Below, in pieces: positions 12,421 to 23,481 of a stretch of DNA of 64,000 nt (positions are counted from its first letter, which is position 1; the number at the start of each line of letters is the position of its first letter). The notes beneath the pieces are model-generated. The model did no database searches. It saw nothing but the letters and a program-made list of their open reading frames with translations, and had not been told where the DNA came from. The stretch is taken from NCBI GenBank assembly GCA_011109175.1, contig RDEW01000053.1, positions 124,001-188,000 of the forward strand. The letters are read 5' to 3'. The DNA comes from Dicyema japonicum (taxonomy: Eukaryota > Animalia > Dicyemida). The translations under genes were made by a program, and so were the position numbers.

Positions 12421-12580
12421 TGCTTGCCAGAAAGAAAAGGGATCAACGAGAAGGGTTATGGCTAAGAAAAAGATTGGAATAGCCATACTCCGAGGGAACT
12501 CGTTCGCAATCCACGCAGCAGGCTTCCTCAACTGACATTGTTTAATTGTTAAAAAAAATTTTTTGTTAAAAAAAAATTAT
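12421..12580 (+). mobile_element. 3' end of CRE-like subfamily (…IGIAILRGNSFAIHAAGFLN*) with A-rich tail
   Basis: High nucleotide similarity to 40267-40458, 44754-44951 and 59660-59833. Its tail also matches window bases 1-40. Confidence 0.8.
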
Positions 12581-13036
12581 CAAAATTAATATATATAATT
12601 TGATCAAAACTAGTGATAATAGTAAGAATTCTTTTATGAAATTTATAGAATTTCTTAACAATTATAATTGATAAGAAGTTGCTTTAAATATAACTATATA
12701 AATAAGAAAAATAATTTTGTTAACAAATTATTTATATATAAGAACAATTCTAAACGCTTCTCCGAAAGTTTTAACGCTAAGCCAAACTAAAAAACTCGAG
12801 ATTAATCTGGCCGATTTTAGATTGAAATTGATTCCCAGAGCTGCAAACGCTTCTTATCAAAAATATTGGGAAAAAAGTTTTTTTTTATTAATTTAAAAAT
12901 AAGATCATGTAAAAATTATTCATCTTTGATTATTTTTTTGATGTGTTTCATATGTGTTTTTTTTATTTCCATCAGACATCTGTATTTTGGACAATATTAT
13001 GTAAAAATATATATTGGTATTTGTTACACTTTCACC

Positions 13037-13256
13037 ATATGGAGACTCAAATTTTTGAAGGGCTAAAGATGGATTAGTTTCATAATCTTTCATAACTCTG
13101 ACCTTTTTTTAAAATGAAAGCGGGAGAGGCTCCCGTTTATATGGAGACTCAAATTTTTGAAGGGCTAAAGATGGATTAGTTCCATAATCTTTCATAACTC
13201 TGACCTTTTTTTAAAATGAAAGCGGGAGAGGCCTCCCGTTTATATGAAAACTCAAA
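13037..13256 (+). repeat. Tandem duplication, about 2.1 units of 102-103 bp
   Basis: ATATG(G/A)A(G/A)ACTCAAA recurs at 13037, 13139 and 13242, and units 1 and 2 are almost identical. Confidence 0.95.
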
Positions 13257-13485
13257 AATAAAGAAATACAACAGCCTCCTAAACCGTTTCCATGTACAGC
13301 CAGTGGTCGTCGAGACGAGCGGAGTCTTTGGCACCAAGACGGTCTCTTTCCTTAGAGCACTTGGGTGTCTATTGACCAAAGCCTCGAGGGAGCGTCAGGA
13401 AACCGAGTGGTTTTTCCAAAGGATATCCCTGGCAGTAGTCAGAGGTAACAGTCACTCGATCATATCCGATGGACTCAGTAATTAA
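13216..13485 (+). mobile_element. 5'-truncated CRE-like RLE 3' end
   Basis: SKIKKYNSL...FHVQPVVVETSGVFG...FLRALG...WFFQRISLAVVRGNSHSI matches the endonuclease C-terminus at 52188-52745. Confidence 0.85.
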
Positions 13486-14104
13486 CTACTCATGTTTCCT
13501 AATAATAAATTTTTTTTAAAAATATTAATTAGAAATACCTCATCACCAGTTTTAAATGAATATTTGCATTGATGTACACCCATTTTTTTTATTCATTTTC
13601 TTAAAATATGGTGAATCCAATTTTGGTGGATTGAATTGAAATTAAAACGACGTTTCTTCTAAATCATTATTATTTAACAGAAAACCTTTTTGGCTGAAAT
13701 AACGCGGGCTGGAAACATGACTTTTCTTGATTGGAAGCATGTTCATCGCAATTTTCATCATTTAGTGTCACAATCTGAAAAATTATATAAATCTCATTGA
13801 AACCCAACCTACATTAATCTCATCGACTACTGTGTTTTCACATAAGATGTTGTTGAATCCATTAATTCCTTGATACTTGTGAAATGGTGTATTGCCCTCA
13901 AAAATAATTTAATTAAATCCCTTGATTCCTTGGATTGTTGGGCCTACTTTGAATTTGTTGGACGTTGAAGCGGTTAACATGCTGTTAGTACTCCTCTTAA
14001 TAAATGGTGGTTCTTTGGTTATCAGTACTTTTATGGATGTCCCAACGTATGGAAGTTTCCTCTTACAACAAATTAGTAAATTTCTAGATTCTTTTTTTCA
14101 TTCA

Positions 14105-14215
14105 TGTACACGTGGAACCCCCCAGTGGAGTAGGGGAGAGAAAATGATCCCTTTAATACCACCCTGGGATTGGGCACCACTTGAGACAGGAGGGTCACAT
14201 GACGCCACTCTTTCG
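14105..14215. repeat. Dispersed repeat family A, partial copy
   Basis: GTGGAACCCCCCAGTGGAGTAGGGGAGAG...GGGTCACATGACGCCACTC. Confidence 0.65.
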
Positions 14216-14219
14216 AAAA

Positions 14220-14960
14220 GGGGTTGCCTCTCATGATCCCTCTGGAGACCAACTGGATAAACCAGTCATCGTGGCTTCTGAGAGAGGCATACGTCCGAGT
14301 TTCTTGATGATTATCACCTCAGTTGTCTCGACAGTGGAGAGTATATCTGTCGAGGAGTCCTCTATACTTACTTTCTAAGCTCTCTTTGCTTTCTCGTCAC
14401 TAGAACGTGCCTTTGCTAGGCTCCCGATAGGATAGGGAGGGACAGAGTCGACACATGCTGCATTACAAACTAACCGTTCCCCTCCTCGAACGGAAAGATT
14501 GTTACTTCGTCCATTCGCTTTTCATTTCCCCTGTCCAGAGAAGCAGAATCCACTATGAAAGCGTGTCCAGCAGAGTCTAGTGTGCGTTTCACGACTTCAT
14601 TCAAATTAGTGTGATGCGGGAATCTCTACACACATCTTCTGCAGAAGTGGACACGGATATCTCAAGGACCTAATTTCTCATAACAAAGTCAGTTTTCACA
14701 TCCGGCTTGTTTCAGAAATCACCAAACTAATAAACAGTATGCTCTCCGGGAAACTCCCAGAAACAATCAGCTACATCATGCTCTCTACCTAACTACTGAC
14801 TTTCTAAAAAAAAGGAGTCCAACCCGTGAGGTTCGTTTTTCGTCACCTAAAGTCAAAACTGATGGGCAGTCTCCCCTGATTTGAACACCTGAAACTAGGT
14901 TGATGTCGGCAGTCCTGAAGGTTTTGAAGTGGCAATTAATGGTGTGCGGACTTTCTAACA
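14220..14960. mobile_element. Decayed CRE-like element in two head-to-head pieces: RLE on minus (about 14655 to 14220) and RT N-terminal part on plus (about 14650-14960)
   Basis: Minus strand: HFCRR...RFPHHTNLNEVVKRTLDSAG...EKRMDEVTIFPFEEG. Plus strand: GYLKDLIS...ITKLINSMLSGKLP...KKGVQPV.FVFRHL...GFEVAINGVRTF. Confidence 0.7.
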
Positions 14961-15669
14961 ACATTCCAGGAGTATTACTTGTATTTTGTCACTACTGATT
15001 ACCGAGTGCTACGCGTTAACTAATGTCGAATTTAGAATTTCAAGCATTTTTATAAAACTTTAATGATGTTTACCTTATTTTATTAAAATTAAAAAATTAT
15101 TAAAAAAATTGTCATTTAAAAAAAATTATTTAAACACCAAAAGACAGCAGAAAATGACTGTCAAAGAAAAACATGAAAATGTTAGAATTCCAGAATTGGA
15201 TTTTTTCCATGTAAAAGATTTCCTCCACTACATGCTTTATCTTTACGAATCTATTTTTGGCAGATGCCCCCAAAAATTATGGATAATAAAATGTGCCATG
15301 CAATGATTTGAGTTTGAGACCCCTGCGATAGTGTCCATGAGGTTAATATCGACAAAACTGATTAGTGACCTGATGATTTCTACAATTTGTATAACAATGA
15401 CAAAAATGTTACAAGAAGCAAAAACAAATGAATTCGTAAACTTCCCCGTGTAGAATTGTTGGATACGTTGAACTACCCACGTCAGTCCACTAGAACCAAT
15501 CAAACAATATTTTGAATTCCCAGTTGAACGGTGTAATTGTGTAGGATAATAATTCGGCGCTCGTTAGCTATCACCGCACGCGACAAATTGATAACACAGA
15601 TATCTAACTCGTTGCACGTGAAGTATAATAATATATTTGTATATATAATAATATATACAATGCTATGAA

Positions 15670-15870
15670 GCCGGGTGGCTTAGTGGTTAGGTGTCGGGCT
15701 TAAGTGGCTTAGGCTACGGGTTCGAATCTCGCTGCTGTTCACCTGGTGGAAGGTTCCGCGCATCTACGATGCAGAAATGGTTTGACGAGTGACGTCGTCA
15801 TCAGTGAATACTCACTGCGGAACTGGATTGTCTAGAAAGGACACTCACACAAGAAAAAGAAAAAAAGAAG
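15670..15870 (+). mobile_element. tRNA-derived SINE, best-preserved copy
   Basis: Pol III A-box TGGCTTAGTGGTTAGG and B-box GGTTCGAATC, a conserved body with hairpin TGACGA-6nt-TCGTCA (15783-15800), and an A-rich tail. Two further copies in the window. Confidence 0.8.
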
Positions 15871-16559
15871 TGAAAATCATTCCTTGGTTCTACGATTAGT
15901 TAAAATTAACTGTTCTTTACTTAAATAAAGTGTGTGTCCTGCCTATGCGGAGCTATAAAATACTATGGCTCTCGTGAAAAGGCTTTAAAAAAATGCTATG
16001 ACTAACTATTACACAAATGACAAACCTCAGAATAGAAAAAAGGTGGAGACCGTAGTTCAGTATGATCGAAGGAAATAAACCTGACACAATGCCAAGAATA
16101 AAAACAAAATTTTCAGTGCATTATGAATTGTCTTTGATAATCAATCCAATGACAAGCGTGAAGGATAAATAATTAAGTATATTTCGACTGACATCTGAAT
16201 GAGGAATTGCTATTTTTACAATCATAAAAAATCGACAAAATTCTGGCAGGTTGTGAAAAATCAACTAATGATATACGCAAATATACTATCTTGTGCAATT
16301 GACGGAGCAATCCCCATGGTTGGCAAAAAGATTTATGACATTTTATAGCAAATCTGCCAAACACGTAAACTTCCCAAAAAATTTTTTTATTGTATCTTAG
16401 ACAACATGGACAGTATTTCACGACATAAAGGACATAGTAAGCTGATAGTTTCATATTCTGATGAATCAATTGAATTTATTGGTAAATTTCAAAATAAAAT
16501 TTTTTAAATTATTTAAGGATAATTAAACTATTTAAATTAATAAATTTTATTTTTAAGGA

Positions 16560-18255
16560 AAACAATAATTTAACCAAGGAAACAAAAATTAATTAAATTT
16601 TATTAATATAATACTCAATTTCCAATTCCTCTATTAAAATTTGTAATATTTTCTTTATATCTTCTTATAGAAGTAATGAATTCTGCATCATTGTCATTTT
16701 CAATGTTTTCGAGAAGATAATTTTCAATCTCTCTTAATTTTAAAAGCATTTCAGCTTTGCTTAAATTTATGCACTTCTGCACTACCGGATTCTTCTTGAT
16801 GGTCAATAGCAATTAATTTCTCCTCATCATCAATTGCCTCCTTTTCACTGTAATCAATTGAAATAAATTCTTCTATTTCAATATGATCATAAATATCCGT
16901 TCTGGATAAGATTTCATCGGTTAAATTTATGTTAGTAAGTTCTGATTCGCATTCTATACGTTCTAGACGTTTAAAACAGTTTGAAATTGTTTGGATTTCA
17001 CATCTTCCCATGCTATTTTTACAAACAATACAGTATCTCTGAAATTTAACTTCTTATATGATTCATATACTGAGTTCTTCTCGCATTCCAATATATCCGT
17101 TAAATATAGTAATTTGTGTCTTGTAAAATGAACTTTGAACGATTTGATTACCAGATCCATAGGTTGAATAAGTCCTGTACTTTGAAATAAACATAATTTT
17201 GATATTTTCCAAATAAAGAGGTGGCAAATTGATGGGCAATAATCCACTAATAACAAAATTGATCTTTTTCAATTTTCAATAAATTGTCAAAATTCGTAAT
17301 CCAATTCGTAAAAATTGATGAAGTCATCCATGCCCTTTTAGAATTGTAATAAGAAACTAAGGAATTATAATCACGTTTCTTTAAACATCGGAGCATTTTT
17401 AGTTTCCCGGTCAATAGTGGCTTTAACTTATGTGTCCCTGACATAATGGCGCAGAGCATGACAAACTCTATCCTTGAAATTTTTATATCCGCCGAAAGGT
17501 GATTTGCAAATACTCCGAGAAGGAATCAATTTATAAAATATTCCTGTCTCATCCAAATTATAAATATTTTCAGACGAGTAACTCTTTGAAACTTCTTCAA
17601 ATTCTTTTAAAAAGCCATCAATATCCACATGTTTTTCAGTGCGTGTTAATTTACGCATTCGAAATCCACGTTTTTTTAATTTTTAAGAATTAGTTACGAA
17701 AGTTCTTGAGCGAAAAATTCTGCCTTATGTAATATTAGAAAATCGTTCAATAAAAGACCCTCAAATGTTAGACTAAATAGTGTACCTTTTGATTCCATTG
17801 AATCATCCAATCTACTAGATTTTCATCAAGTTCCGGGTATTTATTTTTTTGCAAGTTTTTTGTTTAGGATCTCTGTTTTTGAACTGAAATAAATGCCACC
17901 CTGTATTCATTAATATTGCATTGACTATCATTCTTGAAATTCTATTTTAAAAAATAAAAGAAATTTGTTGCATATCATCTGACATTAAGATTTATCGGTT
18001 TTTTTATACCCCGATATTTCTACTTTTTGAGCAATTGAAATTCTGGTGCAGCCCCCAACAAGACATTGACCCATGCTTGCTTTAAATTATTTTATTATTA
18101 TTTTTAAAAATATTTTAAAAAAAATAAAAATAATTTTTAAAAATGTTGACAAATTTCAGAATTGGCAAATATCATTGAAAAATAGAAAAATCGATAAAAA
18201 TGGCAAATTTTAAAATTGGCAAATTTAAGAGTGGCATATTTGCGAGAGTTTACTG
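16560..18255 (-). mobile_element. pogo/Tigger-type (DDE_1) transposon, transposase pseudogene
   Basis: NIYNLDETGIFYK, LKPLLTGK, YYNSKRAWMTSSIFTNW, LLLVD, IQPMD. One terminus TA|CAGTAAACTCTCG at 18255. The other TIR was not found. Confidence 0.85.
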
Positions 18256-18759
18256 TATATTTTATAAATAATATTTATATTCATTATTGAATGTTTTATT
18301 TTCAACGCCCCCAAGGTCATTGTTGAATCTTCATCAATCCACTCCGTATTAAATTTTTCTGATCAGCAGTCAAGAATGTTCCATGATCCCCGCCACGTTT
18401 GCCACATTTGTCTTTCCATCCTTCAGATATGAAGAAACAATTTTACAAATAGTTGTACAAGGGGGAGCTAAAACTCGAAAGATCTCAGTATTCCAAGATT
18501 ATTCTTAGCGTTGTTAATTAAGAGTTCTCTGACTTCGTTTGAGATTTTACGCCTTTCCTTGCAATTGTTTATTTCATTTTTTTAATGCGGTCATTAGGGT
18601 GGAAATTGATTAAATACCAAAAAAATTCGTTTTTATTCTGCTCCAGTAACGTATTGATTGACAAATTGTCGTTAATGATTGACCGCGTGTCGATATTGAT
18701 TGACGAAATGTTGTTGTTATTATTAACCCCAGGCTTACTATTGTAAGCCCTGCACAAAC

Positions 18760-19030
18760 AGTCATCACTAACTAGTCCAAGAAAGGAACCAAAGGGAGAA
18801 CATCTGCTTGTGCCGACCAAATCCATCTTCCAATACATCATTACATGTTTCCGCTTCCGAAGAGAGGTGGGAAGTAGGGCCCTTTTCCATTTTTGTCCCA
18901 CGTCCTACCGTCGCGCGACATCACTTCATTCTTTAGCGGAATAGTTTTATAATGCAATCTTTCAGAGGATTTGGTCAGAGAGAAAGGTAGGAAGATCTCT
19001 TTTAACAACTGTGTTTGCCAGCAAATTTTG
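18760..19030 (-). mobile_element. Decayed CRE-like RT fragment
   Basis: Homologous at DNA level to 33350-33540. Frames give GPYFPPLF and VLEDG, which resemble GDPLSPLLF and YLDDG. Confidence 0.5.
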
Positions 19031-19329
19031 TTAACAACCGAGTAGAGGTTTATTTAATATTGTATTTTTATTACATACTAAGGCTCCTTCAGGAAAATTA
19101 AAAAGAGTCAAGAAAATATAGACTTAAAAAATAGTCTTTGATTTTTGATTAGAAACCAATGAATATTGAGTGAATTTCAGGTAACAGGTTGATTGACACG
19201 TAAAATGTAACCAGCACGGGATGGGTAACCCGTGCGGATACTACAGTAGAAGGTTATACGGATCAATTCTCGATTCTCTATAACTTGGTTAGGTTTTTTG
19301 ACATGTTGATTTTTCATCTCAATTAATTA

Positions 19330-20260
19330 GTGCATTTCAGATATGCAGAAGAAACATACACATCGAATATTACAACCAAAAGTGGACGCTCCCAGAGATC
19401 CGATAGGAATAATTGGTTCTGTAAAATACTCGAAAGTAGGTCCGTACAAAAAAGAGGTTACTTGTTCCTGGTCGTCAGAAAGCATGCTTGGCACAGCGGA
19501 GAAGATGATGTCCACTCGTTTACAGATGGCCACATAGTAGAGCGCCAATTGAACACGTGGTACGAAAATTATTTTTCGGAATCCCTTAAGTTAATTTACG
19601 ACGTTGATTTTAATATGAAATACAGCATGAATCTGTTATTAAATGTTAAACAGTATTTACAGCAAAAAACAAGTGCATATTTGTCTCTTTCAGCTCCTGA
19701 GAAGAATTTGACTAATGCGGTCCTTAACTCTTATTCTCGACTGAATGTATCTATGACACTTAGATGTGGACTTGTGAAAGGACCTATATGTCAATGTTCC
19801 GGAAGGCAGAGCTAATCATATAGCGTATTCGACATATGTCTTTGAAAAAAGAGAGCATCTTGAGAGCATTTACGATGCCAGAAAACAGCTTGCTTCCATT
19901 CAGCAGGTTCCTGGATGAACGCCTATTTTTTTGGTAAGATTGGTATCCTGCTGGATGATGTGGCAGTGATAATAGCTACAACATGGTCTTAAAGTGTGTG
20001 TGGATCAAAAATGTCGTTGTGAGGTTTGATCGATCGCGGGCCATTTCCCAGGGCATGCCTATCTCAACGTGAAGTTGAAAAACTTTCCTCTGCTGCCACC
20101 TCAGCACATTGGAGCCGACTGGTCTCACATGAGAGGATGGAAAACTCCCCGACGCGATGGCTACATTCTATTTGAAGAGCCATATTTCGGCACGACTTAC
20201 CGAGAACTCACGTGTCCATAGACAGAATAGGAATTGATAATTAAATTCAAGAGAAAGCTA
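19330..20260 (+). mobile_element. Possible MULE-like transposase remnant
   Basis: EKNLTNAVLNSYSRLNVSMTLRC loosely resembles the MULE motif EKALINAV..VFP....C. Otherwise decayed. Confidence 0.3.
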
Positions 20261-20789
20261 CTACTATCTTTAGAAACCAACTACATTATGCTATTTAATA
20301 CAAAAACTCTTAAAAAGAATCAACTCACTAAGGAAAATTGGGAGCAAATCAGATAACCGTTCAAGAACACTTTTTTTTCACAATTTATTGGCTGCAAAAA
20401 TAAGGGAGGTCAGAATGTTCACACATGTCACAGTCCATACATGCGAGACGCCGTACATGCGAGATTATTATTATTATTACTCCCAGGATCACTGGGTCAA
20501 AAAGAAAGAAATAAAAGTTCTCATCTAACTAAGTGATCCCAGACCGACAAAGGTAAGGACGAGTCAGGCCGGGTCGAGAATCCTGAACAGCTATTTTCAG
20601 TGAGATTCATCACAAAATACAAAAAAAAATTTTCTTAGTAAAACTTTCATTGGAAAAAAAATATTAATAATATTAAAATTGCATTTAGTACATATTTTTA
20701 TTTAAAATATTTATTATAAAACATGTATCCAGTGAACCTAACACGCGATACCTTAGAAAAAATTAGGATCTACTCTGCTACTGGTTAGA

Positions 20790-22031
20790 TCGATAATTGC
20801 CCTGACTGGAGAGAACGGGCAAAAATCAAACGATGTGACGAACAATTCATTTTCAAAGATTTGAATCCCTACATTATAAAAAATGGTATAGAACTGAGAT
20901 ACTTTTGTCTGGAAGAAGCAGAACTTAAAGAAAAATACATTGAAGTTTTATATCATCCAATTTATATTGGCTCAACATAATCACTTTGGACGAGATAAAT
21001 GATATAGTTTATTATCACTTACCCTTTAAGGTGCTACACGTAGAGAAATTAGTACTGTGGTCTTTAAATGTGTTTATTGTCTGGTATCAAATATAGTAAT
21101 TTTAGTCAAAACGATTGCTTGCAACTAACCTGAAATTACGCAATCATTGCTTATGCTCCAAGAGATCGGCACATTGTAGATCTTGTTGATTTACGTCGAT
21201 ATTCTTCTCAAAATATTTATCAGATTATGGTTCTTGTAGACTCATTTTTTAAATTTGCTGTTGTGAAAGTGCCTTCACCAAATCTGGAATTGAGATATCC
21301 AGAATTCTGAAGAATATTTTTTTCTCATTGGACCGCCTATTATCCTGCACACGGATAATGGCAAAGAATTCAAAAATTAGCACATGCAAGAGTTATGCGA
21401 TAAATTTGCCATTTCGCATGTTACAGGATGTCCACGAGCTTTCCGGATTCAAGGACAAATAGAGCGGTTTTTGTTTTTTTATCTCAATAGATTTAACCAA
21501 TCAATTAAAAGATTGGTTTCTTCTACGAGTTCATCCAAGGAAAATTTCGAAAGTTACATTGACTTCATAAAAAATCTTTTATGGGATTATTATAGATCAA
21601 ACCATCAGAGAACAAGACAGCGGCCTTTAGAGATTTTCTACAGCCTCAATCTGGAGAAAAAATACGATCAGGAAAAAATAGAATCGTTACTAAATTTTTT
21701 CGTTGAAGATAAAGAGTCAATATAATTTTCATCTCTGCATATTTTGGGAGAAGAAAAACGAATAATTGCTCTTGAAAATCTAATGAAGTCAGATGAAAAA
21801 ATGAAAAAACGCCGAAGATGGAAATACGATGAACTGAATTCAGGAGACGATATTCTACTACGTCTTGGGAATACCAATGAGGGTAATAGTCACCGCCCAT
21901 TATATGACGAAGTTTCTACAAAAAAGTACCAAGTTGTCAGCAAGAAAGGAGAACTGATAACTGTTGTTGACCAAAACCAAGAAAATAATGAATATAACAC
22001 AGTTCATATTAGTCAAGCTAAAAAATTGTGA
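20790..22031 (+). mobile_element. Retroviral-type (rve) integrase pseudogene without RT nearby, Ginger/TDD-like
   Basis: DDE triad in VDLVDL...LVDSFFKF...PIILHTDNGKEF...QGQIERF, followed by a C-terminal L.SGD.ILL SH3-like region. Several stops. Confidence 0.75.
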
Positions 22032-22100
22032 CCTTTGAAATTTTTTAAGATGTGTGTTTTTTAAATTGGATCACTTTTATGATTACTAACATTACCTGGG

Positions 22101-22183
22101 ATAGGGCTAGAGTTAGGGTTCGCTTTTAGGGTTAGGGTTTAGTGTATGGTTTTAAGGATAGGGTTAGATTCATGGTTAGGGTT
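22101..22183 (+). repeat. Degenerate telomere-like (TTAGGG) patch
   Basis: Four exact TTAGGG and two ATAGGG hexamers within 83 bp. Confidence 0.6.
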
Positions 22184-22291
22184 GATTTAAAATAGTTTAG
22201 CTTGACAGATTGGAAATTTAAATATTTAAAAATAATTTTTTACTCAAAAAAACGAAATAAATTTTGTAAAAAAAGTATGAACAAATACAAA

Positions 22292-23136
22292 TCAGGAAAG
22301 AAGCCGACTGATCATATCAGACAAAACATCAAAATTCTTACTATATTGACTTCTAAGTCCTTTAATGAGTGATTCATTATATCCGTCCCACAGAGAATCA
22401 CCATTCATGTCAAAATTATATTCAAAGTGAAGCCCAGTGAGGATCACTCTGCCATTCCCAACAACACACTCAACAGTCGAGACCAAATTGCCATCCATCA
22501 CACGTGGACTAGTATCTTGACCTCCATTGTAGAATCCAATCGGACGACAACCGACAGGCCAATCATTATGAGTCTTCCCGGGAACATAAAAGTGTCCCCC
22601 ACCGTAAAAATAGGCCTCACCTTGAATAACAGATCCATTGGTAGAGGAATACACATATGAGACCAATTTGACATTGTGATTGTCTTCATATGAGAATCCC
22701 TCAAACACAGGTCCTTCACAAATTCCTGAAAATAAATATTTTGGTAATCACCAGGGAAGAAGCTGAGATGACGGTCCTCACAGACTTGGAGAGGGCCGTC
22801 TTTGTCAAACTCAACTCTTGACGATCCAAAATACCCACCAGCACAGATTCCAAGATATGATCCCCCATTCTTGACATAATCAAATATTCTCCGAGTTCCA
22901 TGAAAACCCAGTATGAGACAAACCCTTTATCGAAGCCTCCTGGCATTATCAATAACGCCGTGTCTTCCCCCCAATTTCCTAAATTATGAGAATTTAAATT
23001 TACCAGAATTGAGCTCAAATCCCATTATTGGGGATATTTCATATGACTTGCTCAACTCTAAGCTGTTCAGAGCAAAGTTTATCATCCTTAGGTTTATTTT
23101 CGAGGCCCCAGCGTCAGAATATATACGAATGCACAT
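22292..23136 (-). CDS. Stand-alone biotin-protein-ligase N-terminal domain (BPL_N, class I GATase-like) protein
   Basis: [12 protein letters not shown]...W...LLIMPGGFD...[27 protein letters not shown]...RHLSFFPG|[12 protein letters not shown]...YFYGGGHF...[18 protein letters not shown]. Introns 23003-22979 (25 nt) and 22751-22726 (26 nt). One T is missing at 22920-22922. Confidence 0.85.
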
Positions 23137-23481
23137 CACAATCGAGAATAAAAACGTGAATATTTTACAGGTATTTTTATAAGTTATATTAACTTGAGAT
23201 TATTATTAAAGTCTCCACTATGAGTGGAATAAACTGCATTCCATTGGGTGAGTCAGCATACTTTTCTTCGCCTTTTATAGCGACGTAGCCTCTATAGGCA
23301 CTCTGAAGTTGGTAACTATGTTAATAGGTATCATCTCCCTGGTGTTTGTCTTATTTCAATGTGCAAATAATTAAATCAATAATTTTTAAATTAAAATTTA
23401 CATATATCACGAAAAACAACAACATTGCTTTAATAAAATGCCATTTTGGTAATAAATATAAACAAATAAATTCACAAATTA

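Noticed and set aside
13037-13256. CRISPR-like array
   Set aside because: These are whole-unit tandem copies with no unique spacers, in eukaryotic DNA with no cas genes.
15670-15742. Functional tRNA gene
   Set aside because: A and B boxes are present, but no 7-bp acceptor stem can be formed, and the downstream body is shared with two other dispersed copies, so it is a SINE head.
15783-15806. Hammerhead ribozyme (CTGATGA on the minus strand of the SINE core; also 10402 and a CTTGAAGA...GAAAC at about 63121)
   Set aside because: The required GAAA after stem II is missing or the stems do not pair, so the catalytic core is incomplete.
22101-22183. True telomere
   Set aside because: The patch is short, degenerate and internal, with genes continuing on both sides.
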